Origin: a candidate division CSSED10-310 bacterium
Lineage (GTDB): Bacteria > CSSED10-310
DNA: 64,000 bases
Reading direction: 5' to 3'
NCBI GenBank assembly: GCA_016931515.1
Contig: JAFGEQ010000024.1
Span: forward strand, 31,711 to 95,710
The notes beneath the pieces were generated by a model that saw nothing but the letters and a program-made list of their open reading frames with translations, searched no databases and was not told where the DNA came from. Numbering within the stretch: the stretch's first letter is position 1; every line of letters starts with the position of its first letter. The translations under genes were made by a program, and so were the position numbers. This document shows, in pieces, positions 27,782 through 37,765 of this stretch.

Positions 27782-27920
27782 CCTCTTGCGTGATAATTAT
27801 CCCAATCCTTTACATGTTAAAACTCACGGCATTGTTTGCACCATAAACAGCATGGCTGACGTCAGCCTCTACATTTTACACAATTTTCCATTTCAGAGAA
27901 TTGTAATGTCACAGAATTAT

Positions 27921-28517
27921 TCAGTTTTGCTTGGATCGTCTCTCCCGGCAGTAAACAAACCCAAATCCGGCACCGGCGAGTCCCCCCAGGATGTGAGCGA
28001 ACTGTGAAATCTGATCCCTGGCAAAAATACCTACAAACTCCCGTGTCAAATAGAGCACGGCTACCAGGATAAATGTGAGAGGCACATCCCCGGAACGGAT
28101 ATTGGTGAATGAACTCAGCAGAATCAGCATGAACACAATACCACTCGCTCCCATCAAACCGGTATTGAAAAGCAGCACGTTCAACAATCCCGTAATAAAA
28201 GCGGTAAACAGGATCATCTCCAGAATAGCGATACTTCCATATTTCTCCTCCAGAATCGGACCGATTAGAAGGATCAGTGAGACATTGCCTATTAGATGAG
28301 ACCAATCGGCATGACCGGCAATGTGCGAGAACATTCTGAAATAATCGATAATGTTGTTGAAACTGAATGATGGTCGAACAATGAAAAACGTTTCCGTCAT
28401 CCTTAGACCGGTTATTCGATCCAGAATCAGAACACCAGTGGAGACAAGAGTAAACGTCAGAATCACAGGTGAGTTGTATTTTATTCGCATGATGAGATCC
28501 TCGCTATTCTCAAGCAT
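27921..28517 (-). CDS. Rhomboid-family intramembrane serine protease
   Basis: 'HIAGHADWSHLIGN', catalytic 'GASGIVF' and 'AHILGGLAGAGFG'. Confidence 0.8.
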   Translation of the reverse strand: MLENSEDLIMRIKYNSPVILTFTLVSTGVLILDRITGLRMTETFFIVRPSFSFNNIIDYFRMFSHIAGHADWSHLIGNVSLILLIGPILEEKYGSIAILEMILFTAFITGLLNVLLFNTGLMGASGIVFMLILLSSFTNIRSGDVPLTFILVAVLYLTREFVGIFARDQISQFAHILGGLAGAGFGFVYCRERRSKQN

Positions 28518-28750
28518 TATCCGTTTTCAATTTATCAGAACATGAATCGACCCGCCATATGAACGAACAGCGACGGAACATCTGATACCGGTATCCACGT
28601 TTTCCAATAGATTTCCGTGGGTTTTCTCCTTTATCAATTGCAAGATATGTCCCTTACGTTTGACTATACAGGCCGAAAATATGCATTAGCTTGAGTTTCT
28701 CATAGTTTGTGAGTAAATTTTTTTCACCTCCATTCAAGAAGGAGAAACAG

Positions 28751-31018
28751 ATGCAGTTACACGAGCTATCAAAATGTGTCATCGGATTCCTGTTGCTTAT
28801 ATGGATTATAGGTTGTGCGGGGAACCCGCCGCATCCAATCGATCTCAGCCTGGGTCAGACAATACCGGTACAGCCGGAATCGTCTCCCGGTTTATCGATT
28901 CCGGACTGCGCAACCCGTCAGCCGCCCATCCAGCCTTGGCGCGACGGCGGGATTGATCTGCCGGATCCTTGCGGAGCTGTTTATCCCATGACGAATCGAT
29001 TACCGGTCACAGATAGTCTGCATGGTGTATCAGTCACCGATGATTACCGTTGGCTGGAGAATGGAAACGATCCTGATGTGAAGGAATGGACAAACATCCA
29101 GGTGGAATATACCCGAAGATGTCTGGATGCGCTTCCGCAACGGGACTGGTTGTCAGCCCGTTTCAGGGATCAGTTCTTCTACGATGATTCAACCCCTCCT
29201 TCGGAAGTCTACAGGGGAACCCGAACGTTCTGGTGGGAAAAAAAGAAAAACCAGGAGCACTGGACTTATCACACACGGGCTAATGATACCGCTGATGCTG
29301 TTTTGCTTATTGATCCAAATTCATGGACAAACAAGGAGACACTGGATGTTGTTGAACCTTCCTGGGACGGACGGTATCTGGTATTCGGGAAAGCCCGGGG
29401 TGGTGATGAAAATCCTGTTTTGCAGATAATGGACGTGGAAACCGGGGATATCCTGTCGGATACGTGTGCCGGATGGCGCCAGGGAGGCATTTCGTGGCTG
29501 CCTGACAACTCGGGATTTTACTATACGGCCCATCCCTTGAAAGGCGCTGTCCCTGAGGGCGAAGAGCATTACTGGCATTCCGCCTGGTTGCACCATCTGG
29601 GCACAACTGCGGAGCAGGATATCAAGGTCTACAGCGATGATATGATCAAGGAAGCGTACCATCAGGTTCTTGTCAGCGATGAGGGAACGTCCCTGTTTTA
29701 TTATCGTTTATACCAGGGGAAATCAGATATTTCTTATAAGCGAATCGATGATGAAGGAAGACCGGTTCCGCTCATCAGCGGAGCGGATGGTTTCACTACC
29801 ATACAGGAAATCGAAGGCCGATTGTTTTTCTGGACCAACATTGACGCTCCGATGGGCAGGGTCTGGGTAACCGATGTCAATCATCCCCAGCGGGAAAACT
29901 GGCAGGTTTTTCTCCCGGAAACCGATGACTATCTGAAGGGTATCGCGCTGACAGCCGGTAAGGTATATGCCGTTTATCTTCATGATGTGCACACCGTGAT
30001 CAGGGTTTACAATCTGGATGGGGAGTGGTTGAAGGATCTTCCGTTACCCGAATTGTGCAGTGCAAGTGTATTCGGGTACTGGCACAAGCCCAAGGCAAAG
30101 GTAGGAGTGACATCTTTCAATAGGCCGGGTACAACATATGAATATGATTTTGATACCGACGAGCTGTCGATCTATCATAAACCACCTATTGCCGTGGATT
30201 CGGAAGCCTACATCGTTGAGCAAGTTTTTTATCCATCAAAGGATGGCACACGAATCCCCATGTTTTTGATCAGTAAAGGCAATCTCCCCCAAACATTCAA
30301 TACTCCAACACTTTTATACGGCTATGGCGGATTTGGCGCAGCGATGACGCCAATATTCTCCACAGGACTTCTGAATTGGATGGATGCAGGCGGAGCGGTG
30401 GCATGCGCTGGTATCCGGGGTGGTGGTGAATACGGCAAAGAATGGCACGAGGCGGGAAAAAAGGAGAAAAAGCAGACCGTGTTCGATGATTTCATTGCCG
30501 CAGCCGAGTGGCTGACCGGAAGCGGTATTACATGTCCAAATTGTTTGGTAATTAAGGGTGAAAGCAATGGTGGGCTTTTAGTTGGAGCAGTCGCCATGCA
30601 GAGGCCTGATCTATTCAAAGCCGTCTACTGCGGAGTACCGTTGCTGGACATGATCCGGTATCACAAATTCGGAATAGCAAATTTATGGGAATCCGAATAC
30701 GGTTCGTCGGAAGATCCGGAAGCGTTCAATTATCTGATGGCCTATTCGCCCTACCATCAAATCAGACATGATGTAAAATATCCCTCGATGCTGATCCAGG
30801 CAGGAGTCAACGATGCCCGGGTCGACCCGATGCATGCAAGAAAAATGATTGCCGGACTCCAAAATTCCAGCCCGAATACTCCAGGCAGAGCCCTGCTGTT
30901 GATTTGGGAGGAATCCGGCCATGGAGGAGGAACAGATCTGACAACCCAGGTGAGTCAGCAGGTCGATGTGTGGGCATTTCTGATGGATCAGGTCGGAATG
31001 ATCCCGGCGGATCATTAA
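28751..31018 (+). CDS. Prolyl oligopeptidase (S9A family), probable lipoprotein/secreted
   Basis: 'DDYRWLEN', beta-propeller region, 'GESNGGLLVGA' nucleophile elbow, 'VNDARVDP', 'SGHGGG'. ATG 28751 has an AAGGAGA SD. Confidence 0.9.
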   Translation: MQLHELSKCVIGFLLLIWIIGCAGNPPHPIDLSLGQTIPVQPESSPGLSIPDCATRQPPIQPWRDGGIDLPDPCGAVYPMTNRLPVTDSLHGVSVTDDYRWLENGNDPDVKEWTNIQVEYTRRCLDALPQRDWLSARFRDQFFYDDSTPPSEVYRGTRTFWWEKKKNQEHWTYHTRANDTADAVLLIDPNSWTNKETLDVVEPSWDGRYLVFGKARGGDENPVLQIMDVETGDILSDTCAGWRQGGISWLPDNSGFYYTAHPLKGAVPEGEEHYWHSAWLHHLGTTAEQDIKVYSDDMIKEAYHQVLVSDEGTSLFYYRLYQGKSDISYKRIDDEGRPVPLISGADGFTTIQEIEGRLFFWTNIDAPMGRVWVTDVNHPQRENWQVFLPETDDYLKGIALTAGKVYAVYLHDVHTVIRVYNLDGEWLKDLPLPELCSASVFGYWHKPKAKVGVTSFNRPGTTYEYDFDTDELSIYHKPPIAVDSEAYIVEQVFYPSKDGTRIPMFLISKGNLPQTFNTPTLLYGYGGFGAAMTPIFSTGLLNWMDAGGAVACAGIRGGGEYGKEWHEAGKKEKKQTVFDDFIAAAEWLTGSGITCPNCLVIKGESNGGLLVGAVAMQRPDLFKAVYCGVPLLDMIRYHKFGIANLWESEYGSSEDPEAFNYLMAYSPYHQIRHDVKYPSMLIQAGVNDARVDPMHARKMIAGLQNSSPNTPGRALLLIWEESGHGGGTDLTTQVSQQVDVWAFLMDQVGMIPADH

Positions 31019-31097
31019 GAACAAATCAACTGACGGGACACACGGGCAGTGCATTACATAATTTGCAGGGATACTCTGTCATCCGGCAACGTGTGGG

Positions 31098-31997
31098 CTA
31101 TTTCTGCCATTTTGACTGAGAGAAACTGTCTCCCGCTTTTCGATATCCCAGGTCGACCATCTCGGATGCCCGATCGAACTCCAATGTCCGGCATGCGTTC
31201 CTGTCGATATTGATAACAATATCCGGGGGATAGGCGGCCAGTTTTTGACGCGCGATTGTACCTTGCATCGCTTCAAACGATTGAATGGCAATATCATACG
31301 CCCCCCAATCACGATCATGATTCCGCGTCATGGATCGCTGCAACCGGTTGATATAATGATTGACCTTCTCATAAAGAGGCGAAGCGTGGCTGTCGTGAGC
31401 CGGAACACCGGTGTCCGATGGCACCTGCTGACTCTCCGGCGGCCCGTTAAGATTGACCGCAACAATCATGTTAAAGCTGTCACCGATCGTCGGAGCAACC
31501 GGCACAGGATTCAAGACGCCTCCGTCAATGAGATCGACACCTTTATGCTTGAACGGGGTGAATAGCAGCGGTATTGAAATGGATGCACGTATCGCATCAA
31601 ACAGTTTTCCTGATTTAATCCAGATTTCCCTGTGGTTCAGAACATCAGTTGCCACTGCTGTAAATTGGATCGGGAGATCCTCAATCATCTGATCTCCAAC
31701 AAGATCGATCAGGTTGTTGATTATTTTGTCACCTTTGACAAGGCCGCTTTTTCCCCATGAGATATCGAGAAGCGTCACAATATGGACCTTGGTAACAGCC
31801 CGTACCCATTGTTCGAATTCATCCAGTTTACCGGCTGCATAGATACCCCCGACAAGCGCCCCGATTGAAGCGCCAGAGATCGAACGGATTTTGTATCCAT
31901 TTTCCTCAAGATAATGAATGACTCCGATATGTGCCAACCCACGAGCACCTCCGCTCCCGAGAACCAGGGACACATCTTTGGTGATTGTCTTTCTCAT
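31098..31997 (-). CDS. Patatin-like phospholipase
   Basis: 'LGSGGARGLAHIGV' (GGxRG), 'GASIGALVG' (GxSxG) and 'DLIDGGVLNPVP' (DGG). Start is either ATG 31997 or GTG 32009. Confidence 0.85.
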   Translation of the reverse strand: MRKTITKDVSLVLGSGGARGLAHIGVIHYLEENGYKIRSISGASIGALVGGIYAAGKLDEFEQWVRAVTKVHIVTLLDISWGKSGLVKGDKIINNLIDLVGDQMIEDLPIQFTAVATDVLNHREIWIKSGKLFDAIRASISIPLLFTPFKHKGVDLIDGGVLNPVPVAPTIGDSFNMIVAVNLNGPPESQQVPSDTGVPAHDSHASPLYEKVNHYINRLQRSMTRNHDRDWGAYDIAIQSFEAMQGTIARQKLAAYPPDIVINIDRNACRTLEFDRASEMVDLGYRKAGDSFSQSKWQK

Positions 31998-32049
31998 GAT
32001 ATTGCACACTCTCTTTCATATTTGGCTGACATTGCCGATAAACCCTCTA

Positions 32050-32736
32050 TCACCCGGTTATCCAGGTAAAAATCCAGCCGGGTAGCATACCCCCGACATT
32101 GAACAGAGCGTGAACGATGATGGCCGGTATCAGGCTGCCGGTTTTCCGGCGGTAGTGCGCAGCGAGAAACCCAAGCAATGTCGTCAGCACAATGGGAACG
32201 GCTGCCCGAGGACCCATCGATGGTATCAGAACGGTGTGCATCGCTCCGAAAAACAATCCGCTGATGACGACCGGCGTTGTAAAAATGCGTTTCCGTGAAT
32301 CGTCATTCCGATGGCCGGAAATGAGTGTCTGAAGAAGACCGCGGGTCAATACTTCTTCGCAAACGCTTGCATAGATCCAAACAAAGACAAACAATTGTAA
32401 TCGGGAAAAGTCTTGTAACATACTGGAGGCTTCTGCCCCGCCTGTCGCAACAAGGGCTATCGACGCCAGCACGGCAGTAGGGAGCGCCCAGAGAAGAATT
32501 TTTGGTCGAAAACGATAGGTTCCCTTCGTAAATCCATAAGATGAAAGACCCCCATTGGGAATCAACAGCATGACCATCAGGGACAACCCAAGCATCAGCG
32601 AGTGGGTGATGAAGGAACCGGGTATAAAACCATCCTTCGGAAGAGGAACGAGGGTCGTTACGTATAGCGCAATGAGGGCAATGGCAGCCGATATGCCGAT
32701 GCCGATTGGTATTTTCAGACGGTCATTCTTGATCAT
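32050..32736 (-). CDS. CPBP-family (CAAX-type) intramembrane protease
   Basis: 'CEEVLTRGLL' (EExxxR), 'FGAMH', 'HALFN'. Polytopic. Confidence 0.8.
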   Translation of the reverse strand: MIKNDRLKIPIGIGISAAIALIALYVTTLVPLPKDGFIPGSFITHSLMLGLSLMVMLLIPNGGLSSYGFTKGTYRFRPKILLWALPTAVLASIALVATGGAEASSMLQDFSRLQLFVFVWIYASVCEEVLTRGLLQTLISGHRNDDSRKRIFTTPVVISGLFFGAMHTVLIPSMGPRAAVPIVLTTLLGFLAAHYRRKTGSLIPAIIVHALFNVGGMLPGWIFTWITG

Positions 32737-32817
32737 GTTCTGTTTACTCCTAAGGATTTTAACCCTGCCTGCACATGAATCAATGATTTAGCAGGAGGTG
32801 TGAGCAATCCAGGCGCT

Positions 32818-35800
32818 TTAATTAAAATCACCATGCCCTGAACTTATTTTTTTGCCGGTCGGGTCTACATATCCGAACCGTACCTGTGTGTTACTGCTGG
32901 ATCCGTCATCGATAAGGTAGAAATATTGTTCCACTGACTCTGCGTCAGCTGGATCACGGAATGGAAAGTCGGTCTCCGGTTTCGTTTGCGTATAGGTTGC
33001 GAGGTTGAATATGTTCGCATCGATTTTCTCATTGACATGCAGATATTCCACCATCTTCTCCGAGTTCATACCGATATTGGAATGGAGGCTCATGCTTTCC
33101 AGTAATCCGGTATCCGCATTGATGCCGAACTCCGATATGATAACGAGATTTCTATCGGGATATCGTATGATCGTCCATCGACGGAACCTATGCAGGCTGG
33201 TCCCGTTTTCAGCACTCAATCCGAGATATTCAAGATGAGGTTTATTTTCGCCATGCTTATACGAATCGGTCAATATGTAGAGTGGATCGCTGAATACCGT
33301 CCAAATGACATCGTTATCTCTGGAAACCCATTGGAAGGTGGATTTACCGTTGTTAGGTTGTTTAAATTCCACCCACCAATCCTTACTGTCAAATCCCATG
33401 CGAAGTGATCCTGCCTCGGCAAAACACTTACCGGGTTCAACAGCAAAAGTAACGATGCCTTTATTGATAAACCGATATCCCTGGATCTCCGCACCAAAAG
33501 CAGTTGTATCGGTCACGTTCTCTATAAACGATGTGATGGCCCTGCGTTTCGACAAAATCTGCTGCTCCAGCAAGCGGAGTTTTTCCGGATCGGATGTCAT
33601 AAGAAAACGCTGCATATCCGCTTCCTGAAACAGGGTATCGCCTGTTCGGGCGGGAATTTCCACTTTATCCGTCAATCGACCGGTCGTGTCGCGGAAACCT
33701 TGGAGCGTCACCGTCCCAGACCAATCCTTCTTCATCACAATCGGCACCCGGAAACTGAACGTTTCAGAATCATATTCGATAGATGGAATGATAGAGTAAT
33801 CGCCTCTGCCAGGAGGTCCCATGGAATCGGACACAATCATGCTGTCCGGATCCATCGGTCCATCGAATGTCACATTAAAGATGGTGATCCAACCCAGTTC
33901 TTCTTCCGCGCCGGGAATGACAGTTGTCAATTTCGGAATCGGTCTATCCGTCACGACTGAATTGTTAACGGTGAACGTCCAATTATATGACTCCGTTCCG
34001 GTCCCGTTCTGGTCCATAAAACTTTGACGTTTGGATGAAGCAATCGATACTTCCTGCATGACACCGGGGAAAAACTTCAACGGAACAGAAAATTCATTCC
34101 CAGCCGGATCATATGTCATCTGACCTAATGGTATGCATCCCCCACTCTGAAAGAAAATGGTTCCCATATCCGGATTCATAGGGCGGTCAAAGCGGATTCG
34201 GAGAGTGGTTTTCCCGGGATCGATCAGCGCGCCATTCGCGGGAAACACGTCTATTACGCGAGGGCGATCAGCGACACCGACTGCCGGTCCGGCGATGGGG
34301 ATCGCCGGTAATGGTTGCTGCCCGAGTCGTTTCAGTGCCGACTTGAGAACCGGATCGTCCGTAATAAACGCATCCACCGGAAAATCGCAAAGAACATCCG
34401 GTATTATTCCATGCAGTTCGAGAAGTGTGCCATCCGGCAGATAATCGATCCACTGCGGGATGGTGAACGAGATGCCGCAGGGGAGTTGTTCGAAACGCGG
34501 ATTACCGCTGGATCCCCCCGTGCGGTACCCCATGCTGGTCACCGCATCCGATCCTTTCAGCATACAGATAAAGGACTCGTTGCTGCTGAGGCACGGTTGA
34601 TCGATCAACAGGATCACGGGTCGCGAGTACTGCCAGGGTCCGCGCGGCGAGACAGTTCGGGGTTGTTTTTCTGTGAGATCGTCATGCGCTTCACCTTTTT
34701 TGTAAACACTGTATGCGTACACGTGAGAATTCGCCAGAAACCGGCCTGCGAAATCCCTGGCGATGGGCTCGCTTCCGCCGCCATTCAGCCGCACATCCAC
34801 GATCAATCCCCGCGTGTTGCGCATCTGTTCCAGAATGACATCCAGGTCATCGGCAAGAGCACTCCCCCGCCATTCCGGGATCATGATGTACCCGATGTGG
34901 TCAGATGACACGCCCCAGGTAACGCCGCTGGCCGTGTTTTGGAGATCAGAAAATTCAGATGCGAGCGTGTCACGATTGACATGCATTTCGATGTCCGGTG
35001 TATAGACTGGAATCGGCATGTTTCCTTCGTAGAGCCAAATGTGGCGATCCTTGAGATTGCTCAGCAAATCCGCAGCCATCAACGCGAATTCGGAGGAATT
35101 TCGGCACATCGAAAATTTAGGATAATATCGGTTTTTCAGTCCATTCCAATCAATATCAGGTCGAATGTAAAATCCAGGATACTGTGTGTCATAGGTGCTC
35201 CAGAATGTATGGAAATGATCCAGCGCTTCCTGCTGAGTCAGAGTCACGGGAGCCTTCAGAATCCGTTCGTTGAAACCGGGAATCAGCTCAACTGTTTCAT
35301 CGACGGTATTGATGGCAAAAAACCGCCGGCCATCCTCGTCATTCCTTATATCCAGAGTTATATTGCCGGGAGGGGGTAAAAAAGCACGACCCCCGGAGTG
35401 CCAGCTTGATGTTATCTTGAATTTCGCAATCCGATCCATCTCGGATTGTAATCCGGTTTTCCGGGCTTTTGCGACCGTCTTCGGTAGGAATAACCGGTTA
35501 ATCTCGCCCGGATTGAATCGCAGCCATATATGCGCCACATTCATGGATTTATCGATGGCCGAACCTCCGATCATTCCGGGTGAATCCGGGATGACAACCG
35601 CCCAGACTGCGCCTTGTTCGCAATGACCCACTCCTACGAAGGCATCTTCAGTGGACACATCCAGTTTGTCAGCAACTTTAAAGTGAAAGTTCTTAAGCCG
35701 GTAGATGTCGTTTTCGGTAAACTCCCAGGCATAAGCCTGTTTGACGTTAGAGTCGTATTCTGAGGAAGGGGGATAGATGGTCGCCAGATCTATACCCCAA

Positions 35801-35859
35801 CAGACCGGAGATACGCTGATGATCAAGATGGCTAAAAAACATATTGAGTTAAACAACAT
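32818..35859 (-). CDS. Secreted S41-family peptidase with Ig-like (SbsA/Big-type) domains and a long C-terminal extension
   Basis: Signal peptide from 'MLFNSICFLAILIISVSPVCWG' (ATG 35859). S41 core 'LIVDVRLNGGGSEPIARDFAGRF...IDQPCLSSNESF'. Ig-like 'VIDVFPANGALIDPGKTTLRIRFDRPMNP' and 'VIPGAEEELGWITIFNVTFDGPMDPDS'. Confidence 0.7.
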   Translation of the reverse strand: MLFNSICFLAILIISVSPVCWGIDLATIYPPSSEYDSNVKQAYAWEFTENDIYRLKNFHFKVADKLDVSTEDAFVGVGHCEQGAVWAVVIPDSPGMIGGSAIDKSMNVAHIWLRFNPGEINRLFLPKTVAKARKTGLQSEMDRIAKFKITSSWHSGGRAFLPPPGNITLDIRNDEDGRRFFAINTVDETVELIPGFNERILKAPVTLTQQEALDHFHTFWSTYDTQYPGFYIRPDIDWNGLKNRYYPKFSMCRNSSEFALMAADLLSNLKDRHIWLYEGNMPIPVYTPDIEMHVNRDTLASEFSDLQNTASGVTWGVSSDHIGYIMIPEWRGSALADDLDVILEQMRNTRGLIVDVRLNGGGSEPIARDFAGRFLANSHVYAYSVYKKGEAHDDLTEKQPRTVSPRGPWQYSRPVILLIDQPCLSSNESFICMLKGSDAVTSMGYRTGGSSGNPRFEQLPCGISFTIPQWIDYLPDGTLLELHGIIPDVLCDFPVDAFITDDPVLKSALKRLGQQPLPAIPIAGPAVGVADRPRVIDVFPANGALIDPGKTTLRIRFDRPMNPDMGTIFFQSGGCIPLGQMTYDPAGNEFSVPLKFFPGVMQEVSIASSKRQSFMDQNGTGTESYNWTFTVNNSVVTDRPIPKLTTVIPGAEEELGWITIFNVTFDGPMDPDSMIVSDSMGPPGRGDYSIIPSIEYDSETFSFRVPIVMKKDWSGTVTLQGFRDTTGRLTDKVEIPARTGDTLFQEADMQRFLMTSDPEKLRLLEQQILSKRRAITSFIENVTDTTAFGAEIQGYRFINKGIVTFAVEPGKCFAEAGSLRMGFDSKDWWVEFKQPNNGKSTFQWVSRDNDVIWTVFSDPLYILTDSYKHGENKPHLEYLGLSAENGTSLHRFRRWTIIRYPDRNLVIISEFGINADTGLLESMSLHSNIGMNSEKMVEYLHVNEKIDANIFNLATYTQTKPETDFPFRDPADAESVEQYFYLIDDGSSSNTQVRFGYVDPTGKKISSGHGDFN

Positions 35860-36045
35860 TCTCACTTCAGTTCTTCCTCTCCTCATTCGGTATCGCCGGT
35901 AGTTTTCTCTGATCGGAATCTCAGTCATTACCAACAGCGCACAGACGTGCATCGATCAGCATTCCAATCTCAGTTAATTCCGGCTTTTTCGATATCTTCC
36001 ATCACTAAATTACAAATAAATCTGGTCAAATATTTCTTCATTATT

Positions 36046-36537
36046 TTAACCCAGCAGTAATTCCAGTTCAATCTCGTCCCGTATGGGGATTCCATTCGAA
36101 GCAATCAGCGGGATGGAACTCTTTAATTTTCTTGATTTTTCTAATGCATGCCGATTGATTTTCACCAATTCATATCCACGCTTCTGGTAAAACCCCAACG
36201 CTGAGAGATTGTCGTTTGTCGTAATCAGCCAGATCCTTTGACATCCGCAACCCGAAGCTACCGCCTGAACAGCATGAAGGAGTGCTGTTCCAACGCCAAT
36301 ACCTTCTCGCACACTGTTTAGAGTCATCACTTCGCACTGGTTCTGAAGGATCACATACGTGATCAGACCGATAACCTGACCGGATAAATCAAATGCTACA
36401 AACCCATCCAATTCACCAGGTCGGAATCTTTCAGCATGGACGACAATAAATTCCTCTCCCCAGTGATCAGAGATGAATGCATCAATCCAAGCTTGATCTC
36501 CATCTGTTTTTTTTCGAATCGAAAAACCTGACATCAC
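36046..36537 (-). CDS. GNAT-family N-acetyltransferase
   Basis: 'REGIGVGTALLHAVQAVASGCGCQRIWLITTNDNLSALGFYQKRGY' acetyl-CoA-binding motif A/B. Confidence 0.8.
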   Translation of the reverse strand: MMSGFSIRKKTDGDQAWIDAFISDHWGEEFIVVHAERFRPGELDGFVAFDLSGQVIGLITYVILQNQCEVMTLNSVREGIGVGTALLHAVQAVASGCGCQRIWLITTNDNLSALGFYQKRGYELVKINRHALEKSRKLKSSIPLIASNGIPIRDEIELELLLG

Positions 36538-36579
36538 GTGTACCTGCTCTTTCCATCCGCCGGTTTCCGGTAAAACATG

Positions 36580-37158
36580 CTACAGACTCACCGGCGTTTT
36601 TATCTTTGAACACCGAAAACGGATGAGTCTGCGAATGATCCCGATAATGATCAGTGCTGTCAGAATGACAGCGAGAACGGGCAACACAATCGAGATCAAA
36701 GTTCCCAAGATTGCAGCCAGCATTTCACCTGTCGATATCAGAGGATTGCCGACTCCGCCCGTCGCCGCCGTCGATGTTCCCCGAAGAAAAACGCCTGCAC
36801 TCTGAATAACTCCCGCCGCACCGCCACCCGCAATCAACGCCAGCGACCATCTCAGCAACGGTGATGTCTCCGCTGCCAGCGAAGCGGTGATCAATGTTCC
36901 GGCAATCACGGCACCGGGGGTGGCAATGGTATCCAGTAGATTATCCACCCATGGGATGTAATAGGCTGCAATCTCCAGGACGGTCGCAATTGTCAGAGCG
37001 ATCATCGCGGGATATGTGCCGACCCATGAAAAACCGGGACTCAGGGTCAGGTATCCAAAATGATTCGCTACACTGAGGCCTAGCAGAGGAACGAAGATTC
37101 GGAAGCCGCAGGTGGCACTCAGCCCGATACCGATAAAAATGGCGATGGTTTCCTGCAT
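36580..37158 (-). CDS. DUF4126-like integral membrane protein
   Basis: Gly/Ala-rich polytopic protein with N-terminus 'IAIFIGIGLSATCGFRIFVPLLGLSV'. Confidence 0.6.
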   Translation of the reverse strand: MQETIAIFIGIGLSATCGFRIFVPLLGLSVANHFGYLTLSPGFSWVGTYPAMIALTIATVLEIAAYYIPWVDNLLDTIATPGAVIAGTLITASLAAETSPLLRWSLALIAGGGAAGVIQSAGVFLRGTSTAATGGVGNPLISTGEMLAAILGTLISIVLPVLAVILTALIIIGIIRRLIRFRCSKIKTPVSL

Positions 37159-37458
37159 TTTGTTATTCCTTCAATCCTCCGGTTTTATTTATGACCTGGA
37201 CCGAGAGGTTTCATCCCGGAACCGGATTCAAATTTGTAATGAGCATACAAACACACAACCGGAAAAGCCATATTTCGCGCCTCAATAACGAATCCGTGAG
37301 TAAACTGATCATCAAATCGCAGCGACTCATTGAAATTTCACTTGATGGACATCTGTTTTTCTGGTTTAGTCTGGCTAAATTTGAAGCACGAGCCTCTATC
37401 AAAGAAAAAGATGAGGCGGACTATACAGAAAAAGTGCGCAATAAATGGAGGTAATGTC

Positions 37459-37752
37459 ATGACCAAAAAAGTAGAAAATAACAGCCTGAAACCCAAAAGG
37501 GTTACATTCCGAATCAATGCAAAGCCCGGCAGCCGGGTATTTGTGGCCGGCGATTTCAATCAGTGGGATGCCGAAAACAAGCAACTGAAAGATTCGAAAG
37601 GCAACGGAACATTCTCAGGATGTCTGACGCTGGAACCCGGGACTTACGAATACAAATTCGTGATCGATGGAACCTGGACAATCGATCCTGCGTGTACGGA
37701 GCATGCGAAGAATGCCTGCGGGAGCCTAAACAGCGTATTACGGGTAAAATAA
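37459..37752 (+). CDS. Small stand-alone CBM48 / AMPK-beta-like glycogen-binding domain protein
   Basis: 'VTFRINAKPGSRVFVAGDFNQWD...GTFSGCLTLEPGTYEYKFVIDGTWTIDP'. ATG 37459 has a GGAGG SD. Confidence 0.65.
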   Translation: MTKKVENNSLKPKRVTFRINAKPGSRVFVAGDFNQWDAENKQLKDSKGNGTFSGCLTLEPGTYEYKFVIDGTWTIDPACTEHAKNACGSLNSVLRVK

Positions 37753-37765
37753 ACTGTCGAGGCGA